Below, one piece after another: positions 48,568 through 59,842 of a stretch of DNA of 64,000 nucleotides. Numbering within the stretch: the stretch's first letter is position 1; each line of letters begins with the position of its first letter. Origin of the DNA: Candidatus Kerfeldbacteria bacterium (lineage in GTDB: Bacteria > Patescibacteriota > Patescibacteriia > UBA9570 > XYC2-FULL-38-9). Below the pieces are notes generated by a model. That model had not been told where the DNA came from. It did no database searches and saw nothing but the letters and a program-made list of their open reading frames with translations. A program made the translations under genes and the position numbers. The stretch is from assembly GCA_016182555.1 (NCBI GenBank), contig JACPGJ010000008.1, positions 92,272 through 156,271 of the forward strand. The letters are read 5' to 3'.

Positions 48568-50088
48568 TTACACAAACAACGCCTTATCTTGCATGTCACG
48601 GAATTCTTTCAATGCGTCTTTTACACTCGTTTCCCACGCTTCATCAAAATCTTTCTTTTCATTAATGGTATTCAACAATTCTGTTTTTTGTTGCCGAACA
48701 TAATCTACAAAACCAGTAACAAATTTTTGAATACTATCCACTTTAACATCATCGAGGTGCCCATTCACTGCCGCATAAATTTGCAACACTTGTTCCGCCA
48801 CTCCCAATGGCGCATATTGGTCTTGTTTCAATAATTCTTCCAACCTCTTTCCTCGTTCTAATTGATTCTTGGTTGCTTCATCTAAGTCTGAACCAAATTG
48901 CGCAAACGCTTCCATTTCGCGGTATTGGGCCATGCCTAAGCGCAGGTTACCAGCCACCCGTTTCATGGCTTTAATTTGTGCTGAACCACCGACGCGCGAT
49001 ACGGAAATACCCACGTTAATTGCTGGACGGAAACCTTTGTTAAATAAACTTTTTTCTAAGAAAATTTGACCGTCAGTAATAGAAATCACATTGGTTGGAA
49101 TATAGGCAGACACATCACCTGCTTGTGTTTCAATAACAGGAAGCGCGGTGAGCGAACCGCCACCATGTTCTTCATTTAATTTTGCGGCGCGTTCGAGCAA
49201 GCGTGAGTGGAGGTAAAACACATCACCGGGATACGCTTCGCGACCTGGTGGACGACGCAACAACAATGAAATTTGGCGATAGGATACGGCATGCTTGGAC
49301 AGATCGTCATAAATCACCAGCGCATCTTTTCCTTGATCCATAAAATATTCCCCTAAGGCACAACCGGCATACGGCGCCAAGTAACTAAACGCTGCTGGTT
49401 CAGAAGCACTGGCAGAGACCACAATGGTATATTCCATCGCACCCGCTTCTTCCAATTTGGCCACCAATTGAGCGACTTTATTTTCTTTTTGACCGATAGC
49501 CACATAAATACACACCATATTCTGCCCTTTCTGGTTGATGATGGTATCAAGCGCAATAGCGGTTTTACCGGTTTGTCGATCACCGATAATAAGCTCACGC
49601 TGACCACGACCAACCGGTGTCATGGCATCAATAGACTTGATACCTGTTTGCATGGGTTGGTGCACAGATTTACGAGTGATCACGCCAGGCGCAATACGTT
49701 CAATGGGATAATTTTTGGAAGATTCAATAGCACCTTTGCCATCTTTTGGTTGGCCAAGTGGGTTCACCACACGACCAACAAACGCATCACCAACCGGAAT
49801 TTCTAAAATTTTTCCTAACCCTTTCACTTTCATCTCTTCCCGGACACCTTTATAATCACCCAATACCATAATACCCACCATGCCTTCTTCCAAGTTCAAC
49901 ACCACACCACGAACCCCATTATCAAACTCCACCATTTCTTGCGATTTGACATTCGCCAAACCGACTGCTTTGACAATACCATCTCCCACTTCAATGACTG
50001 TGCCAATTTGTTCAGCGGAAACGGTACTTTTAAATGCAGCGATTTCTTGTTTAATGTGATCAACAATGGAATTTTTTTCTTCAGCCAT
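48568..50088 (-). CDS. atpA: ATP synthase alpha subunit
   Basis: [20 protein letters not shown]. Confidence 0.98.
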   Translation of the reverse strand: MAEEKNSIVDHIKQEIAAFKSTVSAEQIGTVIEVGDGIVKAVGLANVKSQEMVEFDNGVRGVVLNLEEGMVGIMVLGDYKGVREEMKVKGLGKILEIPVGDAFVGRVVNPLGQPKDGKGAIESSKNYPIERIAPGVITRKSVHQPMQTGIKSIDAMTPVGRGQRELIIGDRQTGKTAIALDTIINQKGQNMVCIYVAIGQKENKVAQLVAKLEEAGAMEYTIVVSASASEPAAFSYLAPYAGCALGEYFMDQGKDALVIYDDLSKHAVSYRQISLLLRRPPGREAYPGDVFYLHSRLLERAAKLNEEHGGGSLTALPVIETQAGDVSAYIPTNVISITDGQIFLEKSLFNKGFRPAINVGISVSRVGGSAQIKAMKRVAGNLRLGMAQYREMEAFAQFGSDLDEATKNQLERGKRLEELLKQDQYAPLGVAEQVLQIYAAVNGHLDDVKVDSIQKFVTGFVDYVRQQKTELLNTINEKKDFDEAWETSVKDALKEFRDMQDKALFV

Positions 50089-50098
50089 ATCTATACTA

Positions 50099-50488
50099 TT
50101 AGGTTAATGTTTGTTGAATTGCATGAAGCTGGCCATGCACCGAAAGATCCCAGCGCGTATTTGGTGTTTCGACGCGGATACCGCCAATCAGCTGTTCGTC
50201 TATACGCTGGTTGAGATCAATGGCCGTATGCGGTAACAGCTTCGCCAGTGCCTGTTCAATGACCGATGCGTCAATCGTATGTGCTGATGTGACGGTCACT
50301 GGAACAGTACCGGCCGCTTGATGCTGAAGCTCATCAACATAGCGCAAAATTTCTGGAAGCAACTTCGTTTCTCCTCGTTTATAGATACGCAGAAGAAACC
50401 CTTGTGAAAGAGTACCCCACTGATCATGCGGTGCATCTTGCAAAAGTTCGAACAGCGCACAAGCATACTGTTTTGCCGTAATACGCAT
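50099..50488 (-). CDS. atpH: ATP synthase delta subunit (short)
   Basis: AKQYA, VTVTSA, LIGGIRV; position in the operon. Confidence 0.85.
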   Translation of the reverse strand: MRITAKQYACALFELLQDAPHDQWGTLSQGFLLRIYKRGETKLLPEILRYVDELQHQAAGTVPVTVTSAHTIDASVIEQALAKLLPHTAIDLNQRIDEQLIGGIRVETPNTRWDLSVHGQLHAIQQTLT

Positions 50489-50490
50489 AA

Positions 50491-50985
50491 TTAGTGCAAA
50501 TCGTTCAAATTCTCATTCAGCATGGTTGTTTCTTTTTCCGGGGTTATCCGTTCGCGCAACACCTTCTCCGCAACCATAATCACTGCAGAAGCAATTTCTT
50601 TCTTTGCCGACTGCATCATTTGTTTACGCTCTTGGTCAATATCGAGCTTTGCTTTTTCGAATAAATCAGCTGTTTCTTTTTTTGTTCGTTCGATCATGCT
50701 GTTGGCCTGTGCTTCAGCCGCAGATTTCGCTTTTTCGATGATTTCACTGGCTTCTTTACGCGCATCGATAAGCGTGTGCTCATGTTTTTGCTGCGCCACC
50801 TTTAATACGTGCTGCGCTTCTTGCGCATTGCGTACGCCTTCTTCAATTTTTTTGGTTCGATCGTTGATAAAATTCAACAATGGCGTGTACAAAATCTTCT
50901 TCAAAATAAAGAAGAGAATAACAAAATTGATCAGATTGGCGAGCAGCAATTTATAATCTAAGCCAAAGGCCTTAATAAGTTCCAT
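50491..50985 (-). CDS. atpF: ATP synthase F0 subunit b
   Basis: INFVILF...YTP...R TM plus coiled coil. Confidence 0.93.
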   Translation of the reverse strand: MELIKAFGLDYKLLLANLINFVILFFILKKILYTPLLNFINDRTKKIEEGVRNAQEAQHVLKVAQQKHEHTLIDARKEASEIIEKAKSAAEAQANSMIERTKKETADLFEKAKLDIDQERKQMMQSAKKEIASAVIMVAEKVLRERITPEKETTMLNENLNDLH

Positions 50986-51012
50986 CTGTTTCTTCGAGAA
51001 TTAAACGAAAAA

Positions 51013-51240
51013 TTAAAGGAACAAGACCATCAAAGCAACAACGAACGCATAAATCGCGATTGATTCCACAATAGACATGGCCACAATCATGCGGACAAAT
51101 AAATCTTGACCAGCTGATGGGTTTCTTCCCATGGCATCCATCGCACGAGAAGCGATTAATCCTTGACCAATACCAGGCCCGATACCACCGACAGCAATCG
51201 CAATAGCCGCAGCGAGGTATTTCATTGTTTCTGCATCCAT
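51013..51240 (-). CDS. atpE: ATP synthase F0 subunit c
   Basis: GIGPGIGQG, RNP, VESIAIY. Confidence 0.97.
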   Translation of the reverse strand: MDAETMKYLAAAIAIAVGGIGPGIGQGLIASRAMDAMGRNPSAGQDLFVRMIVAMSIVESIAIYAFVVALMVLFL

Positions 51241-51275
51241 AATGAATCGTTACGAATTAGTAAATTAACACCTCT

Positions 51276-51304
51276 ATTGTAGAGAATATGGGAAAAGATG
51301 TCAA
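51276..51304 (-). promoter_or_regulatory. Promoter of the atp operon
   Basis: TTGACA-17-TACAAT. Confidence 0.8.
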
Positions 51305-51344
51305 TAGATTTTTGAGCCAATATCGGGGAAAAGTGATTGGTGGA

Positions 51345-52046
51345 TTATTCAATATTCACCCCTCGACGCAAAACAATTTCTTGCTGCTGGCGAACCTTCA
51401 CAATCGAATCACTGGGAAGAATGCCACGGAAGGACGCAAGAGGATAAATGCTACAGCGTTTTCCAATAATCGTACCGGGGTTGAGCACAGCATTTGATCC
51501 GATTTCAGAATTATCACCAATAATAGAACCAAATTTATGCAGTTTGGTATGGTAGGTTTGTTCAAGTGTGGTCACCGTCACTTCTGAACCACCACTTTTG
51601 AGATTTGCTAGTACCGCGCCGGCGCCTAGGTGGACATTGTGTCCCAAAATAGAATCACCGATATAATTAAAATGCGGAACCGTGGTGTCATTGAACATTA
51701 GGCAATTTTTGAGCTCAGTACTGTTGCCGATAGTACAATGATCTCCAATAATCACATGGCCGCGAATATAGGTGCCGGTACGAAGGTGACAATACTTCCC
51801 AATGATCGCGGGTCCGTGAATGACCACTCCCGGTTCAATGATGGTACCACGGCCGATAGAAATTTGTTGGCCGATATATGCCGCATGAGTGATATCTGTT
51901 TCAATATGCACTTTGGATTCATGGGCCATATATTCTAGGTATTGCGCAATAAGCGGCAGCACCTCCCACGGATATTGCACACCTTCAAAAATATCGGCGT
52001 GTTGGGTGTGGCTCAGGTCAAATAATTCTTCAATAGTCGGGATCAT
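51345..52046 (-). CDS. Hexapeptide-repeat (LbH) acyltransferase, GlmU C-terminal-like
   Basis: PHFNYIGDSILG, [IV]G hexapeptide repeats; no nucleotidyltransferase domain. Confidence 0.85.
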   Translation of the reverse strand: MIPTIEELFDLSHTQHADIFEGVQYPWEVLPLIAQYLEYMAHESKVHIETDITHAAYIGQQISIGRGTIIEPGVVIHGPAIIGKYCHLRTGTYIRGHVIIGDHCTIGNSTELKNCLMFNDTTVPHFNYIGDSILGHNVHLGAGAVLANLKSGGSEVTVTTLEQTYHTKLHKFGSIIGDNSEIGSNAVLNPGTIIGKRCSIYPLASFRGILPSDSIVKVRQQQEIVLRRGVNIE

Positions 52047-52047
52047 A

Positions 52048-53013
52048 CTAGTCTAATAACGCTTTTTCTTCAATGTGGTCAATACGTTCAATTTTCCCTT
52101 CTAGTTTAGCATATTCAGAATTGACGCGCTCAACCGCAGATTTCGCATGAGTGATATGGGTCGTGAGCGTATTGAGTGACTCGCCAAAACGCTGTGCGTC
52201 TTTCTGAATACCACCAATGGTCGCAATAATTTCCTTCGTTGCTTCAGCCACACGTTTTCCTTGCATGCCCATCATAATCACGCGGAGAAAATAATAAAAG
52301 GAATTTGGAGACACGAACAATACCTTTCGCTCGATTCCATGCATATTGAGATCAATATCGTGACGAATAATTTCATAATATACTGATTCCGATGGAATAT
52401 ACATAATCGCAAAATCGACTGTACCTTCATCTGGCAAAATATATTTTTTTGCAATATCGTTTACGTGCTTCTTCACATCTTTCACAAATTCGCGTAAATA
52501 GAGTGCTTTTCCATCTTCGGTTTCTTCGATACACATTTTTTGATAATTCTCCATTGGAAATTTGGAATCGATTGGAATAAATCCATCATCAGTTTTGAGA
52601 ACCGCATCAACAATTTGACCATTGGTAAAACGATACTGCATATCATATAGCCCATGCGGAAAATATTGGTTTAACATTTGTTGCAGTACTTGTTCGCCAA
52701 TATTGCCGCGAAGTTTTGGACTTTTGAGAAAATCTTGCAACGCCTGCATATTACGCCCAATTTCCTGCATGGTGCCCAATTCTTTATTCACATTGCCAAT
52801 GATTCGGGCGGCATTATCTAACCGTTCATTCAAACTTTGAGAAACCCGGTCCAGCCGCTCTTGCATGCCAGTCATATTTTGATTTAACATGTGCAGCGAT
52901 TGATCTTGCTCTCCTGTTTTTGATTGTTTTTGCTGACGAAGCATTAAGTAAACCAACAACCCATTGCTGGCACAAAGAAGAATAATAAAAATAAATAATA
53001 TCATCGTGTTCAT
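52048..53013 (-). CDS. rmuC: DNA recombination protein RmuC
   Basis: RGNIGE, IDSKFP, KYI...T.DFAIMYIPSE. Confidence 0.93.
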   Translation of the reverse strand: MNTMILFIFIILLCASNGLLVYLMLRQQKQSKTGEQDQSLHMLNQNMTGMQERLDRVSQSLNERLDNAARIIGNVNKELGTMQEIGRNMQALQDFLKSPKLRGNIGEQVLQQMLNQYFPHGLYDMQYRFTNGQIVDAVLKTDDGFIPIDSKFPMENYQKMCIEETEDGKALYLREFVKDVKKHVNDIAKKYILPDEGTVDFAIMYIPSESVYYEIIRHDIDLNMHGIERKVLFVSPNSFYYFLRVIMMGMQGKRVAEATKEIIATIGGIQKDAQRFGESLNTLTTHITHAKSAVERVNSEYAKLEGKIERIDHIEEKALLD

Positions 53014-53879
53014 AGTCGAAAAAGTTTAATGGCATTTTGACGAGTCGTTTCCGCGACTTCTTCTATCGTTAGCTCTTTTAACTCTGCAATTTTTTCAGCG
53101 ACATACCGAACATACATCGGCTCATTTCGTTTTCCTCGCACTGGTTGCGGCGCGAGATAGGGGCAGTCAGTTTCCAGCAATATCCGATCCAGCGGCACTT
53201 GGCGAGCAATCTCTTGTAACTCCTGCGCATTGGGAAAGGTGACAATACCCGTAAATCCAATCGATAACCCCAGGTCAAGAATTTTTTCTGCTTGCTTCAT
53301 GGTGCCAGTAAAGCAATGCACCACTCCGCGCACCTGCTCCGTCACACCCGTTTCATTGTGGCCAAAATCCCGCACCAGTTCCACAAAATCATCATACGCA
53401 TCACGGCAGTGAAAAATATTTGGGCGTTGAATTTCGCGCGCAAACCCTAAGATTTCATACAGCGTTTCTTTTTGCAGTTCCACAAATTCAGCAGCCGTCA
53501 TATTCGTGGCACGAAAATCTTCCAAATGAAAATAATCCAATCCTGATTCACCCACCGCAATGACCTTCGAACTTTTTGCTAACTGAAAATAGGCTCGCTT
53601 ATCAAATTTTTCTGATGCTGTGGTGAACGCATACCGCTGTCCGTTAAAATTCGCTTCTTCCGTAATATCTTTTGCCAGGTGAATAGGATGCACGCCGATC
53701 GCTGCCCACATGCCGTTCCCCACTTCTTCAGCGAGCTTCACACTCCGCGCACTGGTTTTATAATTCGTTCCCACATTAATCATCTGCACGCCGGCATTTA
53801 GTGCACGCTGAATAACTTCAGGCGAGTCATTCTTAAATGCTTCAAAATTGACATGAGCATGTGTATCAATGAATTTCAT
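53010..53879 (-). CDS. tatD: TatD family hydrolase
   Basis: IDTHAH, GESGLDY, HCR, HCF, ETDCPYL. Confidence 0.93.
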   Translation of the reverse strand: MKFIDTHAHVNFEAFKNDSPEVIQRALNAGVQMINVGTNYKTSARSVKLAEEVGNGMWAAIGVHPIHLAKDITEEANFNGQRYAFTTASEKFDKRAYFQLAKSSKVIAVGESGLDYFHLEDFRATNMTAAEFVELQKETLYEILGFAREIQRPNIFHCRDAYDDFVELVRDFGHNETGVTEQVRGVVHCFTGTMKQAEKILDLGLSIGFTGIVTFPNAQELQEIARQVPLDRILLETDCPYLAPQPVRGKRNEPMYVRYVAEKIAELKELTIEEVAETTRQNAIKLFRL

Positions 53880-53883
53880 AGCA

Positions 53884-54441
53884 TTAACGCATAAGAATAT
53901 CAGCTGAAGGAATGCGCGGTATTTTTTTTCGCTGCGTGGCAAAAAAATCTTCTAATTTTTCAGACAACAATGGTTGATAAAAAATAGATAATTTCAATAG
54001 GCGTTGGGATACCGTGGATTTAGCAATCGCCGTGCCTATACCGGAAGTTCCAGGCATATCTTGATTTTCGACTACTGACTGAGCAATAAAGAGCACACTG
54101 CTGGCAATAAAACAACTCAACATGACTCCCAGAACGCCACCCAACAAACGGTTAAATGTTTTAAGAAATGGAATAATGGCAATAATATTAAACAGCTTAT
54201 TGATAAACCACGCTATCAAACCACAACACTTGCTGACGAGAGAAAGAATAAGAAAAAAAACAGCGGCAGTTTTGAGTGGACTGGTATGAACGCCAACCAA
54301 TAATGGAGTATATTGACTGGCGAATATGATACCGATACCAAAACCAATCACCGTTCCGGCTTTATAAATGAAACCCATGCGAAAACCGGAGAAGAAGGAC
54401 AGGGTCAGCCAGAGGATAAGCGCGATATCCAGCGTGGTCAT
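53884..54441 (-). CDS. CvpA family membrane protein
   Basis: LDI...GFRMGFI, NRLLGGVLG. Confidence 0.8.
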   Translation of the reverse strand: MTTLDIALILWLTLSFFSGFRMGFIYKAGTVIGFGIGIIFASQYTPLLVGVHTSPLKTAAVFFLILSLVSKCCGLIAWFINKLFNIIAIIPFLKTFNRLLGGVLGVMLSCFIASSVLFIAQSVVENQDMPGTSGIGTAIAKSTVSQRLLKLSIFYQPLLSEKLEDFFATQRKKIPRIPSADILMR

Positions 54442-55910
54442 ACCTTTGAATCTTCTTCCAATGCCAATCGTGGGAACAGCGGTTCTGCTTTGTCGATGTG
54501 TTCAGCTTCAATGGCATTTGTTATTACGGCAGCAGTTTCGGGCATAAATGGAACCAACCACTCCGCAATGAGTTCTAAACAAAATAATAAATGTTGCAAA
54601 ACGATTTGTAGTTGTTGGTGATCGCTTTTCGCTAACACCCACGGTTTCTGTTGTTCAATATATTCATTCGCAGAATCGACCACGCTCCACACCGCATCCA
54701 ACGCCGCATGGAATGCCAATTGCGCAAATGCTTCATGGTAGGCCGTTTTTTGTGATTCGCCAAATTTTTCAATTGCAGGAATCGCTTCCAGTTTTCCATC
54801 AAAATATTTCTCTACCATATTGGTGACGCGAGATAACAAATTTCCCAAGCCATTCGCCAGTTCTGAACTATAGCGCTGCTGCAAACGATGATGCGAAAAA
54901 TCACCATCACTATCAAATGCAATTTCACGCATCAGAAAATAACGTACAGGTTCTACCCCATACTGATTTGTCAATTCAATAGGATCAATAATATTGCCGA
55001 GCGACTTGCTCATTTTCTGACCATTGACCGTTATAAAACCATGCACACCAACGGCACAGGGCAATGAAACACCTGCTGCCATGAGCATTGCTGGCCACAA
55101 CACGGAATGAAACCGATTAATATCTTTTCCGACAATTTGTATATCTGCCGGCCACCACTTGGCAAAGGTTTCCTTATTGCGACCATAGTCAATGACACTT
55201 AAATAATTCATGAGCGCTTCAAACCATACATACATCACTTGCGTATCATCACCAGGCACCGGAATGCCCCAAGATAATTGTTCTTTTTCACGAGAAATGG
55301 ATACATCTTCTAACCCATTTTTTACCAATTCTTTCATTTCACGAAATTTGGCTTTCGGCACCACAAAATCTGGATGCGCTTCATACCATTCCAAAAGACG
55401 GTTTTGGTAACGAGAAAAGCAGAAAAAATAATTTTCTTCCTGTGTGTGTTGTACTGGCTTCAAATGGATGGGACAATTTCCATCCACTAATTCTTTCTCT
55501 GTTTTGAATGCTTCACACCCAATACAATACCACCCTTCGTATGTTCCTTTTTCTACATCACCAGATTCAACAATTTTTCGCCACAACGCCTGCGCTGTTT
55601 CTTGGTGGCGCGGTTGGGTTGTACGAATAAAATCATCAATGGAAATATTCCACGCAGTAATCAATTCTTGAAATGAAGCTGACATGTTGTCCACATACGC
55701 CTGAGCAGTCATACCCTTTTCCACAGCGGTGCGTTCAACTTTTTGCCCATGTTCATCGGTACCACTCACAAACTGTACCGCATATCCTTCTTGGCGATAA
55801 TACCGAGCAAGCACATCGCCATACAACATTTCAATCGCCGTACCAATATGTGGTTTAGCATTCACATACGGAATAGCCAGTGTGATATATTTTTTTCTAT
55901 TCTTGGTCAT
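54438..55910 (-). CDS. metG: Methionine--tRNA ligase (short form)
   Basis: YVNAKPHIG, GTDEHG, GKDINRFH, KMSKS. Confidence 0.97.
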   Translation of the reverse strand: MTKNRKKYITLAIPYVNAKPHIGTAIEMLYGDVLARYYRQEGYAVQFVSGTDEHGQKVERTAVEKGMTAQAYVDNMSASFQELITAWNISIDDFIRTTQPRHQETAQALWRKIVESGDVEKGTYEGWYCIGCEAFKTEKELVDGNCPIHLKPVQHTQEENYFFCFSRYQNRLLEWYEAHPDFVVPKAKFREMKELVKNGLEDVSISREKEQLSWGIPVPGDDTQVMYVWFEALMNYLSVIDYGRNKETFAKWWPADIQIVGKDINRFHSVLWPAMLMAAGVSLPCAVGVHGFITVNGQKMSKSLGNIIDPIELTNQYGVEPVRYFLMREIAFDSDGDFSHHRLQQRYSSELANGLGNLLSRVTNMVEKYFDGKLEAIPAIEKFGESQKTAYHEAFAQLAFHAALDAVWSVVDSANEYIEQQKPWVLAKSDHQQLQIVLQHLLFCLELIAEWLVPFMPETAAVITNAIEAEHIDKAEPLFPRLALEEDSKV

Positions 55911-57040
55911 AGAGTGTCGGTTTTGGTTACCGGATCAATAGGTTGTTCAAGCGTATTATCCATTTCCTTTTTCTGTTCAAAGATATCTTCTAAAAATATC
56001 CATGCAATAGTGGTGGCTGGTACAGCGAGTAAAATACCCGCAATACCCGCAAGTTTTGCACCAATAAGCATGACAGATATCACGACGATAGGGTTTAAGC
56101 CTACCGCTTTTTTCATTACCTGCGGAGCGATGATGTGATTTTCTATCTGCTGAAGCACGATGTATATAATCATGACCGCGATCGCTTTCCACGGTGAATC
56201 GGTATAGGCAAAAAATACTGCCGGCACCGCAGAGATGAGTGGACCAAGAAATGGAATAAATTCTGCCAAGCCGGCAATACAAGCAAGCACCAATGCATAC
56301 GGGACTTGTACAGCGAAAAGACCGATGAAGGCAAACACGCCGATGATGAGCATGAGAATGAGTTGGCCACGTAACCACGCACCCATTTTGGTTTGAATAC
56401 GGTTGGTTTTCTGCACCAAGTACGGTTGAAATTGGATAGGCGCAATAGAGCGAACAAATTTTTTCAGCCCATCTTCTTCAATGGTCATGTAAAAGGTAAT
56501 CACGAGTACAAAAATAATCGTTGCCACTTTTCCAAAAATACTACTAATGGTATTAAACAAACTCGACGTCACATTAGAGAGGGTGCTATTCACATTGGAG
56601 AGGTTACGTTGCCATTCTTGAATTAAGGAAGCGTCATTTGATTGAGTAACATATTGATAAAAATGTTCTATCTGTGGCATGTACGCATGTAATGAAGAAG
56701 CGATATCGGACATTTGTTCAACGATGGGTGGAAGAATGAGATAAAAGACAAATGCAAACATGAAGAAAAAGAGAAAAAACATACTAAGAATACTCACGCC
56801 ACGGGGAATGCGATACCTCTCCAAACGGTCCACCCACGGGTCCAACGCAGAGGCTAAAACAATGGCGATAAATAAAATACCCAACACATCGCGGATGCTC
56901 CAGAGAAAGAACACTCCCGCCATGACACCAAAAACTTTGAGCACCGTCATACTCGATACATTGATATAATGCACCACTTCACCTTCATGTGAACTCTTTG
57001 GTGTAAAGGGAGAAATTTTTTTGGGTATTTTGATTTGCAT
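55907..57040 (-). CDS. AI-2E family transporter
   Basis: WLRGQ, IPFLGP, QQIENH..P, LNP, LAVP. Confidence 0.9.
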   Translation of the reverse strand: MQIKIPKKISPFTPKSSHEGEVVHYINVSSMTVLKVFGVMAGVFFLWSIRDVLGILFIAIVLASALDPWVDRLERYRIPRGVSILSMFFLFFFMFAFVFYLILPPIVEQMSDIASSLHAYMPQIEHFYQYVTQSNDASLIQEWQRNLSNVNSTLSNVTSSLFNTISSIFGKVATIIFVLVITFYMTIEEDGLKKFVRSIAPIQFQPYLVQKTNRIQTKMGAWLRGQLILMLIIGVFAFIGLFAVQVPYALVLACIAGLAEFIPFLGPLISAVPAVFFAYTDSPWKAIAVMIIYIVLQQIENHIIAPQVMKKAVGLNPIVVISVMLIGAKLAGIAGILLAVPATTIAWIFLEDIFEQKKEMDNTLEQPIDPVTKTDTL

Positions 57041-57043
57041 AGT

Positions 57044-58318
57044 TTAGAACCGGAGGTGTTTGAGAAAGGATTTTTCTTGTGTCTTTGTGTAGGGACCAAC
57101 GATAACGAGGTTCGCATGCATCGCTACGAGTGTTTTTTGCGCCAGCGCAAGCACCTGTTGTTTTGTCACTTGTTGCAGAGCTTTTTCTTCTGCGGAAACA
57201 TCGTGGAGCTGTTTTTCAAATAATGCGGTTTTTGCCCAGCGCCAAGCCACGTTTTCCGAATCTTCTAAACGTAAATACATTTTGCCACGAATATACTCTT
57301 TTGCCTGGTGTAATTCTTCGTCAGACACTTCAGCCACACGCATGGTCACGAGTTCAGCAATAATTGCTTCAATCGCTTGGTGAATACGCGCGGTGTCAAA
57401 ACCAGCTTGAATGCTTAAGGTTCCCATATCTTCATACGGTGAAATGCCGGCGCGGATGTAATAACACACCCCTTGGCGTTCACGAACATTGATAAAGAGG
57501 CGTGAACTCATGTTGCCACCAAGAATAGTGGCCATAACCTGTGCCACATAATAGTCTTTCGCCGTATAGGTGACCGACGGAAAATTGAGGGCGAGGTGTG
57601 ATTGAGCCGTTTTTTTATTATAAACATGCAAACGCGATTGTTGCTGTTTCTCGGTGAATTTTTTTTGTCGTGGCGTAGCAGCACGTGATTTTGGTGCTTG
57701 CCCAAAATGTTTTTTAATAGTCTGTGCGGTATTCTTGGGTAAATTTCCGGTCATCACGATGACCATATTTTTTGGATGATAATAGGTATCCCGATATTTC
57801 ATAATTTGTTTTCGGGTGACCTTCAAAATATTTTCTTTCGGGCCAGCGATGCGGAAACCCAATGGATGATCTGCACCGTACATCAATTGTTCTGCCAACT
57901 CTTCTGCCGTTGCCATGGGGTTATCTTCATACATGTTGATTTCTTCGATAATGACTCCCCGCTCTCGGTCAATTTCTTTTGGATCAAAAATCGGGTGAAA
58001 AAGGAGGTCTTCAAGAATATCAATCGCTAACTTTGCGTGGCGGTTCGCCACCTTCACATAATAACCAGTGTAATCTTTGCTGGTAAACGCATTAAAATCT
58101 GCACCCACGCCATCGAGTTCTTTGGTAATTTCGAGCGTTGTAGGGCGATTAGTCGTGCCTTTAAAAAACAAATGTTCCAGAAAATGAGAAATACCGTTGA
58201 TCGATTTTGTTTCATTACGTGAACCCACCTTAAACAAAATTAATATCGTGATAACTTTTGTCGAAGGCATGTGCTCTAAAATAACTGGTATTCCGTTTGA
58301 AAGTGTAATTTTTTTCAT
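57044..58318 (-). CDS. M16 family zinc peptidase
   Basis: HFLEH, NAFTSKD, SSRLF..VRE; start MKKITLSNG. Confidence 0.93.
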   Translation of the reverse strand: MKKITLSNGIPVILEHMPSTKVITILILFKVGSRNETKSINGISHFLEHLFFKGTTNRPTTLEITKELDGVGADFNAFTSKDYTGYYVKVANRHAKLAIDILEDLLFHPIFDPKEIDRERGVIIEEINMYEDNPMATAEELAEQLMYGADHPLGFRIAGPKENILKVTRKQIMKYRDTYYHPKNMVIVMTGNLPKNTAQTIKKHFGQAPKSRAATPRQKKFTEKQQQSRLHVYNKKTAQSHLALNFPSVTYTAKDYYVAQVMATILGGNMSSRLFINVRERQGVCYYIRAGISPYEDMGTLSIQAGFDTARIHQAIEAIIAELVTMRVAEVSDEELHQAKEYIRGKMYLRLEDSENVAWRWAKTALFEKQLHDVSAEEKALQQVTKQQVLALAQKTLVAMHANLVIVGPYTKTQEKSFLKHLRF

Positions 58319-58335
58319 ATATTGTGTGTTTGTGT

Positions 58336-58413
58336 GCCTTTCGAGCCAATTCTTCGAGAGCTTCGTTTTGCTTCGCAAATACATGCTCTCGGAAGACATT
58401 GCCGCTAGCGGCA
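58336..58413. repeat. Repeat family B, full intergenic palindromic copy
   Basis: caat-tctt-cgagagc...tttgc-ttc-gcaaa...gctctcg-gaaga-cattg, followed by the perfect palindrome tgccgctagcggca. Confidence 0.8.
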
Positions 58414-58424
58414 GAGAGGTATGA

Positions 58425-59783
58425 TTAGAATGATAAACGATCTCGAAAATAATTAATTAATTGAGAAATGGGGATGCGCTCTTGTTTCATGGTGTCCCTA
58501 TCACGAACAGTCACAGCGTTATCGGTGAGTGAATCGAAATCGACGGTAACACAAAATGGTGTGCCAATTTCGTCTTGGCGGCGGTAACGTTTCCCAATAC
58601 TTTGTGTTTCATCATATTCGGTGTTCCAATATTTTCGCAGCTCATGAAAGAGCGGCTCAGCAACTGTTTGTAATTCAGGTTTTTTAGAGAGTGGCAGAAC
58701 CGCAACGGTATAGGGCGCAATATGCGGCGGGAACTTCAGCACTACCCGCGTGTCGCTTTCGCCGGCAGCCGTTGGAGCGGATTCTTCTGTATAAACGCTC
58801 AACAATAATGCCAACAACGTTCTGTCTACACCAATAGACGGCTCAATAACATGTGGAATGAATTTTTCTTGCGTGGCTTGATCCACAAATTGTAAATCTT
58901 CACCCGAATGTTCTTGATGTTGTTTGAGGTCATAATCAGTGCGATAGGCCAACCCCCATAATTCTTTTCTGCCAAAGGGATAATCGAATTCCACATCCAC
59001 TGTTCGTTTTGAATAATGAGACAATTCTTCAGGTGCAATATTGTTATCATGTACTTTATTCGCATCGAGACCAATTTGTTTTCCCCATGCATGCATTTGC
59101 GAAAGCCACATTTCAAACTGTTGCTCCCATTCTTGTGGGCGAACAAAATATTCAATCTCCATTTGTTCAAATTCCAGTGTACGGAAGGTGAAATTGCCTG
59201 GAGTAATTTCATTACGAAAGGCTTTGCCAATTTGCCCAATACCAAATGGCAGTTTCGGACGCATGGTTTGCATCACATTTTTAAAGTTCACAAAAATACC
59301 TTGCGCGGTTTCTGGACGCAAATATACCGTGTTTCCAGTATCTTGCACCGGACCAATAGCTGTTTGGAACATGAGGTTAAATTGGCGTGGTTGGGTGAGT
59401 GTTTTTTTCTCACAGTTTGGACAAGCTTGGGTGCGAAAATCAACGGTCTTCCATTCTTCATCTATATGGTCTGCGCGAAATCGACTCTGACAATTTTTAC
59501 AATCCACCAATGGATCTTCAAATGTATCTACATGACCAGACGCTTTCCATACTTTTGGGTTCATCAGAATGGCAGCATCAAGACCAAACATATCCGCACG
59601 TGATTGCACAAAAAAATTCCACCACGAATCTTTAATATTTTTTCGCAGTTGGGCACCAAGTGGGCCATAATCCCAAGAATTCGCCAGTCCACCATAAATT
59701 TCACTTCCCGGAAAAATAAAACCACGCCGTTTACAGAGCGAAATAATTTTTTCCATGGTCACCATTTGCGTTTCATTTGCCAT
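58425..59783 (-). CDS. glyQS: Glycine--tRNA ligase (alpha2 dimeric type)
   Basis: [36 protein letters not shown]. Confidence 0.96.
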   Translation of the reverse strand: MANETQMVTMEKIISLCKRRGFIFPGSEIYGGLANSWDYGPLGAQLRKNIKDSWWNFFVQSRADMFGLDAAILMNPKVWKASGHVDTFEDPLVDCKNCQSRFRADHIDEEWKTVDFRTQACPNCEKKTLTQPRQFNLMFQTAIGPVQDTGNTVYLRPETAQGIFVNFKNVMQTMRPKLPFGIGQIGKAFRNEITPGNFTFRTLEFEQMEIEYFVRPQEWEQQFEMWLSQMHAWGKQIGLDANKVHDNNIAPEELSHYSKRTVDVEFDYPFGRKELWGLAYRTDYDLKQHQEHSGEDLQFVDQATQEKFIPHVIEPSIGVDRTLLALLLSVYTEESAPTAAGESDTRVVLKFPPHIAPYTVAVLPLSKKPELQTVAEPLFHELRKYWNTEYDETQSIGKRYRRQDEIGTPFCVTVDFDSLTDNAVTVRDRDTMKQERIPISQLINYFRDRLSF

Positions 59784-59809
59784 AAATACAATAGCTATTA
59801 TTCAATAAA

Positions 59810-59838
59810 ACTATACCATTCAACACGCTATTTGGCAA
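59810..59838 (-). promoter_or_regulatory. Promoter of glyQS
   Basis: TTGCCA-17-TATAGT with TGn. Confidence 0.65.
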
Positions 59839-59842
59839 GAAA

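Noticed and set aside
58319-58399. N-terminal extension of the M16 peptidase
   Set aside because: It is a read-through of repeat B; the family-typical start is MKKITLSNG at 58318.
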